Shown here: positions 49,414-62,073 of the stretch, piece after piece | Layout of the letters: every line of letters starts with the position of its first letter | How positions within the stretch are numbered: position 1 is the stretch's first letter | Assembly: GCA_951406725.2 (NCBI GenBank) | Contig: OX597817.1 | Location: 170,252,001 to 170,316,000 of the forward strand | Direction: 5' to 3' | DNA length: 64,000 bases | DNA from: Octopus vulgaris | Taxonomy: Eukaryota | Made by a program: the position numbers and the translations under genes | The notes under the pieces: model-generated | Databases searched by the model: none | Told to the model about the DNA's origin: nothing | Seen by the model: the letters and a program-made list of their open reading frames with translations, nothing else

Positions 49414-49478
49414 TCAATCATAACTTATCTGAAGACCCCGTGCTTCCATGGGTGAAACTCAGAGTAGCAAGAGATTGA
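49414..49478 (+). ncRNA. Type-I hammerhead-like motif (CUGAAGA core)
   Basis: CTGAAGA-C.CCCGTG(CTTC)CATGGG.T-GAA-ACTCAGAGT-A; stem I cttat/gcaag plus tcaatc/gattga; shares GTGAAACTCAGAGTA with 58644-58658; follows (TA)n. Confidence 0.55.
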
Positions 49479-49537
49479 TTCAACCGAAATAAAGTATTAT
49501 TAACCTCTACTTATGCTATCAAGTACTCTGAAATATA

Positions 49538-50768
49538 CAGGGGTTGGACTAAATAATGGAAACACCTTAAAATTTCAGACAAATTTATTTTAATATTGGG
49601 TAGGACTGCCTTTGGCAATAATTACAGCTTGAATTGTATGAGGTATGGACTTGTAGAAAGTTTGAATTGTTTCCAAAGGAATTTTTGTCCATTCTTCAGC
49701 TAAAACAGTCTCCAGTTCTTGTAGTGATGATGGTGGAGGTTATCAACACCTTACTTGTTTTTCTAAAATGCACCATAAATGTTCAATAATATTGAAATCA
49801 GGGGACTATGGTGGCCAGATAAGATGTTCAACTTCACTAGAATGTTCCTTGTGCCATTCAGTAACAACTTTAGTTGTGTGAATTGGTACATTACCATTCT
49901 GAAAGATTGTGTTTCCCTCCAGAAACAGTTCTGCAACCATAGGATGAATTTGATCAGATAAAATGCTTAAATAGTCTTGACTATTAATTCTGCCATGAAG
50001 GAAAACCCCAGATCATCACAAATCCTCCTCCATGTTTAACAGTTGGAAGAAGGCAGTCTGGGTCAAATGCTTGTTTTGGCGGTCTCCACGTGTATACTTG
50101 GCCAGTGGTTGGAAATAAGGTAAAGGATGACTCGTCCGAGAAAATGACCTTCCACTGCTCTAGGGACCAATTCTGTAGGTTTTTACTCTATTCTAAATGT
50201 CTTGCAGTGTTTGTTTTTGAAAGTAGTGGTTTTCTGATTGCAGCCCTACCATAAAATCCAGCTTTGTGCAGCTCCCGATGAACAATTTTTGTGGAAACTG
50301 GGTTCTCGAGGTGCTCATTAAGCTCTGCACTAATTTTGAGGGCAGTACTTTTGTGATCCTTTCTAACAATTTGCATAAGAGTCTGAGGGTCCCTATCTGA
50401 AAGTTTTGGTTTTCTTCTGGAGTTTTGTTTCGACAAGGAGGTTTTTTTCCTCTTTCTCAAAGGCTGTCATTAATTTCAAGACAATATTTCTTGATACACC
50501 AAACATTTTAGCCGTTTTTGTTACGCTAGTGCCTGCCATACGAGCACCAACAATTTGACCTCTTTGAAAGTTCGATAGATCTGTCATTTTAATGAATTTT
50601 AACTAACTTTTTTCAGATGATATCTGAAAAGAAACAGCAATTTTAGCAAAATATATTAAGCAACACTAATAATAAATAAAAAAAAACAAAAATAAACAAG
50701 CTTTTGATGGTTTTATAGATATTTCAAAATTATGATGCTAGGTGTTTCCATTATTTTCCCAACCCCTG
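49538..50768 (-). mobile_element. Full-length Tc1-family DNA transposon (inactive)
   Basis: TIR caggggttgg.c.aaataatggaaacacct and its complement; TA TSD on both sides; 1231 bp. Confidence 0.93.
49590..50587 (-). pseudogene. Tc1 DD34E transposase pseudogene
   Basis: MTDLSNFQRGQIVG HTH start, WKVIFSDES, FQNGNVPIH (second D lost), WPP*SPDFNIIEHLW, AVIIAKGSPTQY*; frameshifts and stops. Confidence 0.9.
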
Positions 50769-51226
50769 TATATATATATGTCTGTGTAGTTGGGTCTATC
50801 TATCTATCTGTCTATCTATCTATATATATATCATATAGATACGTATGCATATTTATACATATCATATAGATATGCACATATATATGTATATATATACATA
50901 TATGCTATATACATACATGTGGGTGGGTATGATTGATTGATTGATTCTAGTTTCAGCTTATAAGCTGTGGCCATGCTGGGGCACCGCCATTTACATAATA
51001 TATATATATTATCTTATAGATATATACTTTTATCATATAGATTTATATGTATCTATATACATAATATAGATATATACATATACATACATGTGTGTGTGTG
51101 TGTGTGTTTACAGAGCAGTACATTATGTGTACTGATCTGTGAAGAAAATTCAACATAAATACACATAATGTACTGAAAATTGAACAAAAAAAGTAGTCCA
51201 TCTGGTGAGAGATATGCATTATTTAT

Positions 51227-51350
51227 TTAAGGTCACAATAGTTTCACATGTCGAGAGAACTCAAACATATTTATGCCTAAAGAATACGCTTGAGTTCTCT
51301 CAACATATAAAACTATTAGTAGCGTTTTAATACATGTATTATGACCTTAA
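51227..51350. repeat. Imperfect hairpin (30-bp inner arms plus ttaaggtca/tgaccttaa outer arms)
   Basis: aatagtttcacatgtcgagagaactcaaac pairs with gcttgagttctctcaacatataaaactatt. Confidence 0.85.
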
Positions 51351-51554
51351 AATTATAAATTAGGGTATCTACGAGATACCACCGTGCTGAAAATAGCAGC
51401 TATGATCTGACTCTAAACCCACCTTAATTGTCCGATCTGACTCTATAACCACCTTAATTGTCCACACTGGACAATTAAGGTGGTTTTAGAGTCAGATCAT
51501 GGCTGCTATTTTCAGCATGGTGGTATCTCGTAGATATCCTAATTTATGATTTTA
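51348..51554. repeat. Long inverted repeat with a 30-bp tandem duplication in the left arm
   Basis: Centre at 51465-51467; duplicated unit at 51404-51433 and 51434-51463. Confidence 0.93.
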
Positions 51555-51642
51555 ATAATTATTACCTTTGAAGGTTATTTTTTCCATGCTGACCACTTGA
51601 TAAAATAATCGTTTTATTTTTAAATTAATGATCTTATCCTTA

Positions 51643-51683
<41 letters not shown>

Positions 51684-52091
51684 AATATATATATATATGT
51701 GTGTGTGTGTGTGGTCATAAATGACAGAAATAGTTTCCTGGAATTTCTGTCATATTGTTAAATAAAATTTCTTTATTGTTTATGGCTTTGTACTCTCCTT
51801 ATCATTTTCTCTTGTATTGTACTATATATGCTATATGTTTTGTAGAATGATACATTAAGGAGTTTTTTTTTATGAGTTCTACTGGATTACTTGGATACAT
51901 ATATTGCGACTTAAATCAGTATATATATAGGTGTAGATGTAGCTTTTTGGTAAGAAGCTTGCTTCCCAACCACATGGTTCCAGGTTCAGTCCCGCTCTGT
52001 GACACCTCGGGCAAGTGTCTCGACTGTGGCCTTGGTCTGACCAAAGCCTTGTGAGTGGATTTGGTAGACGGAATATTAAAGAAGCCTATTA

Positions 52092-52399
52092 TCTCTCTAT
52101 ATATAAACGGCAAAATATGTGTGTGTGTCCTTTATACAAATCCACAATTTTTCAGTTAGAGGGCTTTGCACTTTCTATGGTCATTCAAAACCATCCAAAG
52201 GTGGTCGTGCACATCTTTACATTTCCCCAGTCATCCCACAAAGCCATTAAAAAATCAATAGAAGTGACTTTTTTGTGAATTTTCTATCCAAAACCCAATC
52301 AAAATGCCTAAAACTTGATACGCCAATTGAATGCCAGCTAGCTGTATGTGATTGGTCAGAGATTTGGACAGTACTCGCGTTGCTGGGTCATAGTGCTAG
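52092..52399 (+). mobile_element. Non-autonomous Helitron (second family) inserted in a SINE
   Basis: A|TCTCTCTATATATAAA ... hairpin actcg.cgttgc.tgggt ... CTAG|T. Confidence 0.75.
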
Positions 52400-52867
52400 T
52401 ATATATATATATATAAATATATATATACACACACACACACACATATATATATTTATGTGTGTGTTTGTCCCTCCAACATTACGTCCCTGTAATTTAGTGG
52501 TTTGGCCAAAGAGACCAATAGAATAAGCACTAGGCTAATGAAGAATAAGTCCAGGAGTTGATTTCTTCGACTAAAAGGCAGTGCTCCAACATGGCCACAG
52601 TCACATGATGGAAACAAGTAAAAGAATAAAAGAATATGTGTGTGTGTGTGTGTGTGTGTATGTGTCTATTTGTTCCCCCGCTGTTGCTTGACAACCACCG
52701 CTGGTGTATCTCCCATAACTGAGTGGTTTGGCAAAAGAGACTGATGGAATGAGTACTAGGCTTACAAAGAATAATCCCTGGGGTCAATTTCTTTGACTAA
52801 AACCCTTTAAGGCAGTACTCCAGCATGGTCGCAGTCAAATGACTGAAATAAGTAAAAGAATAAAAGA

Positions 52868-52921
<54 letters not shown>

Positions 52922-53033
52922 ATATATGTGTGTGTAATAAACCTTTACATAAATAAATAACGTGAAATACACGAAGGGACGAACAAAAAGACAAACGGGT
53001 CATTCAAGCCTTCATTCTTCAGTCAGAAACTGA

Positions 53034-53100
53034 TCCCTTATCGCAGATTTCGGCTGTTTAATTCTGAGATCCGCTCTGAATCAGCCAGCCCCAGAAGGAA
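53034..53100 (-). ncRNA. Degenerate type-I hammerhead-like motif
   Basis: TCCTT-CTGGGGC-T-GGCTG...CAGCC-GAAA-TC(TGC)GA-TA-AGGGA; stems intact but A6 and A9 substituted. Confidence 0.35.
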
Positions 53101-54105
53101 AGAATGCAACGCAACAGAGACGAACATGAAACGAAAAATCTTTTTTGGAGACAGTAAATGTTAAACACATGGATGACACAGGTGCCCTACGGCTTTGAGA
53201 CAAAAAAGAGAGACACAAAAACAATACACACGCTGTATACATATATGTGTATAAAATATATTCGTGATGAGTTTTTCAGGGTTTATCACACAAACATCTT
53301 TTAGAAATGATGTCACTTAATCTAGCATGTTGCCAACTGTTTTCCGTTGCCTGCTCCTGGCCCACAACTGGTTTGATCATATCACTGCAAACTAAAGACG
53401 ACTTACGGACTACTCTCTACCTAACTTGTCATTTTGCCTGTAATTGTAAGCAGTTTTTTTCTACATTGTGCCTATTTATTAGTAGATTAGTTTAGTTAAA
53501 GTAGTGAACTATACTTCACTCTGGGACCTATTTATTGATAGACAGACTGAGCTTAAAGAGTTTACAGACTTTGCCAAGGATATAACACAGTGCCAGTTAT
53601 GGGACATGTACTGTCAACTGTTTGGATAGTCAGCCAACATCTTATCAACTCGGCTAACTATGAGTCTTGGAGAATTTGTGCCAAATCGGAAATATGCCAA
53701 ATATTTAATTTTCATGTCTCACCACGCCTCTTACAGGCTGTTTATTGACTAAGGTCTAGTTTAGCGGTTAGCTATACCATTCTTTCAAAATAATTCTTAA
53801 GTTTTATATAATTATACTAAACTTGTACTTTTTTTCATTTGTGTTTATCTTCATAGACACCTCTCTTTCTCGTTTCTATAATTTATCTCTGTTCAGTAGC
53901 TACAGACCACCATGGGTATAGGAAATGTGATTTTTTGCTAATTCTGAAATACATGAAACAGGTCTTAATGCTAAATTGCATAAAACACACACATTTCTAT
54001 TGTGCATTATTAATACTTCCTGCTTATGTAAGTGGTTCATATCTAAATCACTTTCACTTAAGTGGCCTCTGTGTGTGTGTGTGTGCTTATCTCTCTCTCT
54101 CGCTT

Positions 54106-54138
<33 letters not shown>

Positions 54139-54139
<1 letters not shown>

Positions 54140-54497
54140 CTCTTTTACTCTTTTACTTGTTTCAGTCATTTGACTGCGGCCATGCTGGAGCACCACCTTT
54201 TAGTACTTATTCTATCGGTCTCTTTTTGCCGAACCGCTAAGTGACGGGGACGTAAACGCACCAGCATCGGTTGTCAAGCAATGCTAGGGGGACAAACACA
54301 AACACACACACATATACATATATATACATATATACGACAGGCTTCTTTCAGTTTCCGTCTACCAAATCCACTCGCAAGGCATTGGTCGGCCCGGGTCTAT
54401 AGTAGAAGACACTTGCCCAAGATGCCACGCAGTGGGACTGAACCCGCAACCATGTGGTTGGTTAGCAAGCTACTTACCACACAGCCACTCCTGCGCC
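54139..54497 (-). mobile_element. CORE-like tRNA SINE (further copies at 56883-57320(-) and 60759-61156(+))
   Basis: Same family as 7444-7863. Confidence 0.85.
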
Positions 54498-54659
54498 TAT
54501 ATATATATATATATTTTTATTTATTTATTTATTTATTTATTCATTTATTTATTTACACACACACTATCTATATTTGTATCTCCTTACTTTGACATCATGT
54601 GATAGTTGTAAATAAGTGTCACACACATACATATGTATATATATACACATATATACACG

Positions 54660-54704
<45 letters not shown>

Positions 54705-55899
54705 CGCCTTACTGGCACTTGTGCTAGTGGCACGTGAAAAAAACATTCGAACGAGGTCATTGCCAGTGCCGCTGGATTGGCTCCTGTGCTGGTGGCACAT
54801 AAAAAGCACCAATTGAGCATGGCCATTGCCAGTACCGCCTGACTGGCCCTCATGCCGGTGGCATGTAAAAACACCCACTACACTCTCGGAGTGGTTGGCG
54901 TTAGGAAGGGCATCCAGCTGTAGAAACTCTGCCAGATCAGATTGGAGCCTGGTGCAGCCATCTGGTTCGCCAGACCTCAGTCAAATCGTCCAACCCATGC
55001 TAGCATGAAAAGCGGATGTTAAACGATGATGATGATGATCTGTGTATCTATCTATATGTTTGTACCCATTTGCCGTAACATCAAGTGATAGTTGTAAATT
55101 AGTATCTCTGTCATATAAGCATTGTCATGTCATTCATTTCTGATATTCTGTAGAAACGTGTGGCTATAGGGAATTGTCACCTTACTTGGAAACAAGAAAG
55201 GCATCGGCTGTAGACAATTTGCATCCATAGACTCTGTCACACCCATTCAAGTATGGAAAAGTGAATGTTGAAATCATAATGATATAGATACATCAGATTT
55301 TATGCACTTATAACAGAAGGGTGTATTGAGAAATTTTGTTGTTTCTGAATTACAAATTAAAATTAAGTGGTATTTATGTATGGTATCATTGTCTTGTGGT
55401 TGATGCTGGACTAAAAGTAAAACCGGTGAAGGAGAAAAAGTACTTTTTACAGAGAAGCTAATTGCCATTTGTATGTGTAGAGGATATGGGCTCCACCATT
55501 GCCAAGTACCTATGGCCTCCTTTAGGTATAGATCTGAGATTTGTGTATGTATGTATGCATACATCTGTGGAAGTGTGTGTGTGTATGTGTTTGGGTATAG
55601 GATGGCTAAGTGATTAAGAAGTTTGCTTTGCAACCATGAGGACCAGGTTCAATCCTACTGTGTGGTAGCTTGGGTAATCATGAAATTGTTTGGAAGCTTG
55701 TGGGATGTACTGTACCTGTAATTCTAACAGGCAGCTTTGTCTTGTATTGAGCCTGCCTGAGGATTGAGCTAAAGGTTATTAGTGTCTGTGAAATACTCAG
55801 CCACTTATTCTATAAGTTACTGAGTATGCAGTTTAGTTCGTTGAGCAGTTGGAATATTCATTAACGAAATCATGGAAAATCTCTTACTTTTGTTTTATA

Positions 55900-56115
55900 T
55901 GACGTGGCGCTGAAAAGTTCCTGGCTTTAAGGGTTTTGCGAAAAGCCTGGTTGTAGGCCCAATGTTCCAAGTTCTTTTACAGAACTTAAAAAAACTGAAG
56001 GACCACTGCAATGTGTGTGAGTCTGAGAGGAGAATATGTTCGATGAAATCATAATTAACTGATCCTCCTGTATTTTCTTTTACCCAAAGTCAGGAGCTTT
56101 TCTGCACCCTCCTCA
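55900..56115. mobile_element. Mariner-like MITE, degenerate
   Basis: Imperfect TIRs gctgaaaagttcctggcttt / aaagtcaggagcttttctgc. Confidence 0.55.
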
Positions 56116-56349
56116 TGTGTCTCTGTGTTTCTGTGTTACTGTGCATCCATTCACAAATGCAGCCACATGTGTTTGGACATGTGCATATATTTATTGACAT
56201 TTTTTTTTTATAAGTGTCAGAAAATTTCCTATGAAGATGAAACTTATTTTTAACAAAGGAATGAGAGCTGCTTCCTTACTATAATTTAGATAACAACAAT
56301 GATAAAGCAGTACTTGTTGGTCTTAGAAAAGTTTTGTATGTCTTTACTG

Positions 56350-56519
56350 TTATTTTTTTTCTTGTTTTTTTTTTTTTTTTTACAGAAGCCATTACAGATT
56401 GTATTTAAAAAGTACTTTGGTTGAAGATCTCAGGTTTTTGCAATTCTCACTTAGACATTTACTAAAATAGCCAAATGCATAAAACAAAAAAAAGTTGCAA
56501 TTGTAGATTTACAATCTAG
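56350..56519 (+). other. Candidate splice acceptor (AG ending 56385) and probably non-coding exon of a plus-strand transcript
   Basis: About 30-nt poly-T tract then tacag, followed by unique sequence and a possible TAG|gtagag donor at 56519/56520. All three frames close early. Confidence 0.25.
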
Positions 56520-57079
56520 GTAGAGAAATTATAGGTTTTGAAGCAGTTGTCTGAAATATTCTTTTTCTCACAAATCATGAAAGAGATATTAACAGCTGGC
56601 CTCTCTAATTGTATAATGCTTCTTTTCTCTCCCGAACAACCATACCAGCTCCATTCTGTTTGTCTTTGGCAGAAGCTTTGTCGATAAAGCGCCACCAATA
56701 TTCCTTGTGTTGATGTTTTTGCGTGTACTCATTTGCAGAAATGTGTGTTCTTTGGGTTCCTTTAGTCATCACATTTAAAGCCGTGCTGGAATGTTCACTA
56801 AGTTGAATGTTCTTTATCTTTTCGCTCTTCTCTGTTTTATGTCCAGGGGCCAAAAAATATCTGTTTAGTTTTTTCAGTGTATACTCTTTACTCTTTTACT
56901 TGTTTCAGTCATTTCACTGTGGCCATGCTGGAGCACCGCCTTTAGTCGAGCAAATCGACCCCATGACTTATTCTTTAGCACTTATACTATCGGGCTCTTT
57001 TGCCGAACCGCTAAGTTACGGGGATGTAAACACACCAGCATCGGTTGTCAAGCGATGTTGGGGGACAAACATAGACACA

Positions 57080-57158
<79 letters not shown>

Positions 57159-58616
57159 GATGGGCTTCTTTCAGTTTCCATCTACCAAATCCACTCACAA
57201 GGCTTTGGTCAGCCCAAGGCTATAGCAGAAGACATTTGCCCAAGGTGCCACACAGTGGGACTGAACCCGGAACTGTGTGGTTCATAAGCAAGCTACTTAC
57301 CACACACCCACTCCTATGCCTGTATGCTGCATCTCTTGTTGGAACAGCAAATGGTTGGTGGCTGCTCTGTTTTGGTTGTATCTTTTGCAGATGGCTGATT
57401 TGGTAGTCTAAAGAGAACTGCATCTGAATAGCATTTAACCCTTCAACATTCAGTTTATTCTATCAAACGTAAAGCTTATTTATTAACATTGTCTTGAATT
57501 AATCATGCATTATCTTTTAGCTTCAAGATTTTGATGTCATCATCATCATCATTTAATGTCCCGTTGTCCATGTTGACATGAGTTGGACAATGTGACCAGG
57601 ACTGGTAAGCTGAGGGGCTGCACCAGACTCCAGTCTGATTTTGCATGGTTTCTATGGCTGGATGCCCTTCCAAACACCAACCACTCTGAGAATGTAATGG
57701 GTGCTTTTTACATGCCACTGGCATGGGTGCCAGTTGTGTGACACCAGTATCTGCTGTGTCTATGATTTCACTTGACTTGTAAGTATTTATTATTAAAAGG
57801 ACATTGCTGGATAGGCATGAGAGGCCAGATCTAGCCAGTTTGGACATAAAACAGGTAGAATACGGCCGGTTTAAATCCTAAAGAGTTAAAAGAATTTTCA
57901 GTGAAGCCTTGTTGGTTCATTGGGGTCAGTTGAATAAGTGCAGGCCTTTAAATGCCAAACTGTTGTTGCATGGACTCCTGATGTGAATGTTTGAAGAGAG
58001 AGGGTAGGGATCTATCAGCATCTCCTATTCCTTTTGTCATCACTTGAGATTTTTGCACATGTCTCTGACAGTGTCATTTCTGTCTGAATGTCAAAAATTA
58101 AAGGTGTTTATTCTGGGAACATTTCCAGTTGCTAAGGTCTCCGAGTATATCTGTTGAATGCTTTTTGTAATCTCTGCAGTTTGTAGGTAAGGCCTGGACT
58201 ACCAGGAGACCATAGTTGTGAGCAGTTGTCCAACTGGCTTCATAGATAAGATTTTTAATACCAACAACCATGACCTTGATAGGTTGTTGACATTCTATGA
58301 ATATGTTTAAAGAAACAGGCATATACATACACACACATAAAAAAAAGCACAGTAAAGTGTAACACAACCAAATTCATGGTCAGTTGTGGGTTCCTCACTT
58401 CACTCCAGTCTACAGCATAGTACAACCTTAGGATAGGCTAGTGTACAGAATACAAGCTAAGTAATAATATGAAGAGAAAGCAGGTATGTTATTCAAAACT
58501 TTACAGGACATATGTGTATGTATATCCTAATAAGCTTTGAACACCATACCTGTTTTCTTCTTATCTTTTGTGTGTGTGTGTGTATATATATATATATACC
58601 GGAGTAAACACATTCT

Positions 58617-58670
58617 AGCAAAAACTGTCCGACGAACGGGAACGTGAAACTCAGAGTAACAGGTTTTGTT
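58617..58670 (+). ncRNA. Minimal type-I hammerhead-like motif with U4C core (CCGACGA)
   Basis: AGCAAAAACTGT-CCGACGA-ACG(GGAA)CGT-GAA-ACTCAGAGT-A-ACAGGTTTTGTT; 11 of 12 stem I positions pair; GNRA loop II; GUA site at 58658; (TA)n flanks. Confidence 0.65.
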
Positions 58671-58883
58671 GAATTTTACGCTGCTTTAAATAAAGTATAT
58701 ATATCATCATCATCATCATCATCATCGTTTAGCGTCCGCTTTCCATGCTAGCATGGGTTGGACGGGTCAACTGGGGTCTGTGAAGCTGGAAGGCTTCGTC
58801 AGGCCCGGCAGTGTTTCTACGGCTGGATGCCCTTCCTAACGCCAACCACTCCGTGAGTGTAGTGGGTGTTTTTTATGTGCCAC

Positions 58884-58926
<43 letters not shown>

Positions 58927-59574
58927 TACATGCATACACACACACACACATGCATATACACACACACACACACACACACAAAAGATAAGAAGAAAACAGG
59001 TATGGTGTTCAAAGCTTTATAGGATATACATACACATATATATATGTATATGTATGGGTGGGTGTGTGCATAAATATGTATATATATATATATGAAAATA
59101 TGTATAAATTAGTATGTGTACATATGTTTCACTGTACCTGATTACCTCTGTGTGTGTGTGTGTGTTTTTCTTTCTGATTGGAAATTTAAAGTTTATTTTG
59201 ACAAGTCATTCATTTTGTGGTAAGGTTGTAAAAATATATGCATATAAAAAGAATTCTTTTTATTATCTTCCAACTTTTAAGCTTTTAGGTCTTACAGATT
59301 ATTATTGTCCCAGATACCACAGTCGTTTGAAGCATATGCATTATAGAGATTTATGATAAGAAGTTTACATTCCAACCTCATGGTTTCAGGTATAGTCTCA
59401 CTGTGTGGCGCCTTGAACAAGTGTCTTATTATAGACCTGGGCTGACCAAATCCTTGTGAGTAGATTTGGCATTTGGAAACTGAAAGAGACCCACCATGAG
59501 TATGTATGTATGTATGTATGTGATTGTGCGTGTGTGTGTGTGCTTATGTATGTATGTATGTACGTATTTATTTG

Positions 59575-60150
59575 ATGATTGCTGTCTACTTGTGACAGAG
59601 GAAGACCATCCCTGACCACTGTCCATGCAAAATGCCAGCAATACCCGTGCATGAGGTCATTGAACCAGCAGTTAGGTTCACCTGGGCTTGCATCTGTGAT
59701 TTCCATTCTCACTGTGGCACCCTCCTGCTTGACTGGTTATCCTATAGTTACCTTGCCGATGATTGCGCACCTAAAATTTTAGGTCCAATACGGCTTGCAC
59801 AGTACCCCACAAACACTCTCCTGGATTCCATCAACATGATCGAGAGACAAGCCAGGGCATGATATCCAGTGCAAGTATGGGTTGCAGGCTCAGGAATGTG
59901 GGCATACCATGATCTCAAGTGCAAGCAACACATTCCCAAAATGTTCAATGCCATTCCCTGCATATCTGGTTTTATATCAGAGTGACCTTCTAGAGACATG
60001 CTTTAACAAAAGCTAAGAGATGCCACACCTTCAGTGCTCTTCCAGCTTGCCAGACACCAACCAAGAACTTCTAAGGGCCTGTGCTACTGCTAGATAGTCA
60101 TAGAACCTACATTAGTTTCATCCATCCTTTTGACAGGTCTTGTTATTAGT
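59575..60150 (-). mobile_element. Degenerate non-LTR retrotransposon 3' fragment
   Basis: GC-richer island ending in a (TACA)n tail on the minus strand; only fragmentary LINE-like peptides. Confidence 0.4.
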
Positions 60151-61817
60151 CCTGCTGGCTTTCTTATTTCTTTATTGCTCACAAGGGGCTAAACACAGAG
60201 GGGACAAACAAGGACAGACAAAGGGATTAAATTGATTACATCGACCCCAGTGCATAACCAGTACTTAATTTATCGATCCCGAAAGGATGAAAGGAAAAGT
60301 AGACCTCAACGGAATTTGAACTCAGAACGTAACTGCAGACGAAATACCGCTAAGCATTTCACCCGGCATGCTAACGTTTCTGCCAGCTCGCTGCCTTCGG
60401 CTTTCTACCAACCCTTCTCTCTAGGCATATATCTGTGTGCGTGTGTGTTACTGTCATCTTGTTTTGACATTGTGCTATAGCTGTAAGCAAGTGTCATCAT
60501 CATATAAGCAATGTCTATCATTTTTAATCTTCTGTGAAAACATGTCTGGCCATGGGGAAACAGGTGAAGGTTAGCAACAAGAACAGCATCAGGCCATAGT
60601 AAATCCACCTCAATAAATTGAGAACATGGGGAAATGGAAGTTAAAATGATTAGGATCCTTTCTTCAAGATTCTAAGTTCAGCCATACTGTAACCCAAGCA
60701 AGTTGGTATATACCCTGTTGCTTCAATAATAAACAGTATAAAGCTGAAAGTATATATAGGCGTAGGAGTGGCTGTGTGGTAAGTAGCTTGCTTATCAACC
60801 ACATGGTTCCGGGTTCAATCCCACTGCGTGGCACCTTGGGCAAGTGTCTTCTACTATAGCCTCGGGCCGACCAAACCCTTGTGAGTGGATTTGGTAGACG
60901 GAAACTGAAAGAAGCCCTTCGTATATATGTATATATATATGTTTGTGTGGCTGTGTTTGTCCCCCCCAACATCGCTTGACAACCAATGCTGGTGTGTTTA
61001 CGTCTCCGTAACTTAGCAGTTCGGCAAAAGAGACCGATAGAATAAGTACTAGGATTACAAAGAGTAAGTCCTGGGATTGATTTGCTCGACTAAAGGCGGT
61101 GCTCCAGCATGGCCACAGTCAAATGACTGAAACAAGTAAAAGAGTAAAAGAGAGAGTATATTAGAAAGCAGATTTTCAGACTCCTCACCAATATTCCATA
61201 TTTATATGGTTGGATGGATTTCCTCCAGCTCAGCACTGAGATATCTGGCATCTTGTTGTACACATGTTGCTGCTGACCATCTTCTGTGGCCTCTTTTGCA
61301 AACTGTATCTTCTTTGCATTGCTATAACTACATCAGACACATGCATGACCTCTCATTCAAAGCCAAAACATCTTGTCCCTGTACTATTGTGAATGTTTAC
61401 AAGGCTTCAGATATGACTCACTACAGTGTTCTGTTCCCATACCTCTGAGACCCCCTTTGGTCACGACACAGACCATGGGATTGCACCTAGAAAGTTACCC
61501 TCCCAGGCACAAGTCCGGGCAAGGTTGTTTATGGAAGACCAGCAGTCGCCCATGCATACCGGCCTCCCCTCTCCGTGCCACCAGTGTTATCCAAGGGAAA
61601 GGCAAAGGCCAATACAGCTTGGCACCTGTGACGCCGCAACTCATTTCTACAGCTGAGTAAACTAGAGCAATGTGAAATAAAGTGTCTTGCTCAAGAACAC
61701 AACATGCAGCCCGGTCCAAGATTCAAGCTCACCTCGCGATCGTAAGCTCGACGCTCTAACCACTGAACCATGTGCCTTCCCATACCTACGTTGGTAAATA
61801 CTGCAAAGGTCCTAGAC

Positions 61818-62073
61818 CAGTGGTTCTCAACTGGGGTTCATATGGCCCTTGGGGGTCCATATAAGATTTTATTGTTAAAATTTATGTACAATAAATTACT
61901 TATACTTCTGCAATATACAGAATATTTTAACAATATTTTATACAATTCTGAATAATATTTAATTATAAAAATTCATTAAGGTTTTTTTTTATACACATTG
62001 AATGGCTATGGAGGTCCAGGAGAGTAAAATAGGAATCAAAGGAATCTAGGCAAAAAATGGTTGAGTACCACTA
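61818..62073. mobile_element. hAT MITE with a perfect 8-bp TSD
   Basis: TIR cagtggttctcaac / gttgagtaccacta; TSD tcctagac at 61810-61817 and 62074-62081. Confidence 0.88.

Noticed and set aside
51227-51350. Hammerhead reading of the minus strand (GAAACTATTGTG)
   Set aside because: The core would be CAUAAUA with H17=G; a simple inverted repeat explains it better.
56605-56853. 82-aa minus-strand ORF (MAPGHKTEKS...)
   Set aside because: No recognisable domain or gene context; length is within chance expectation.
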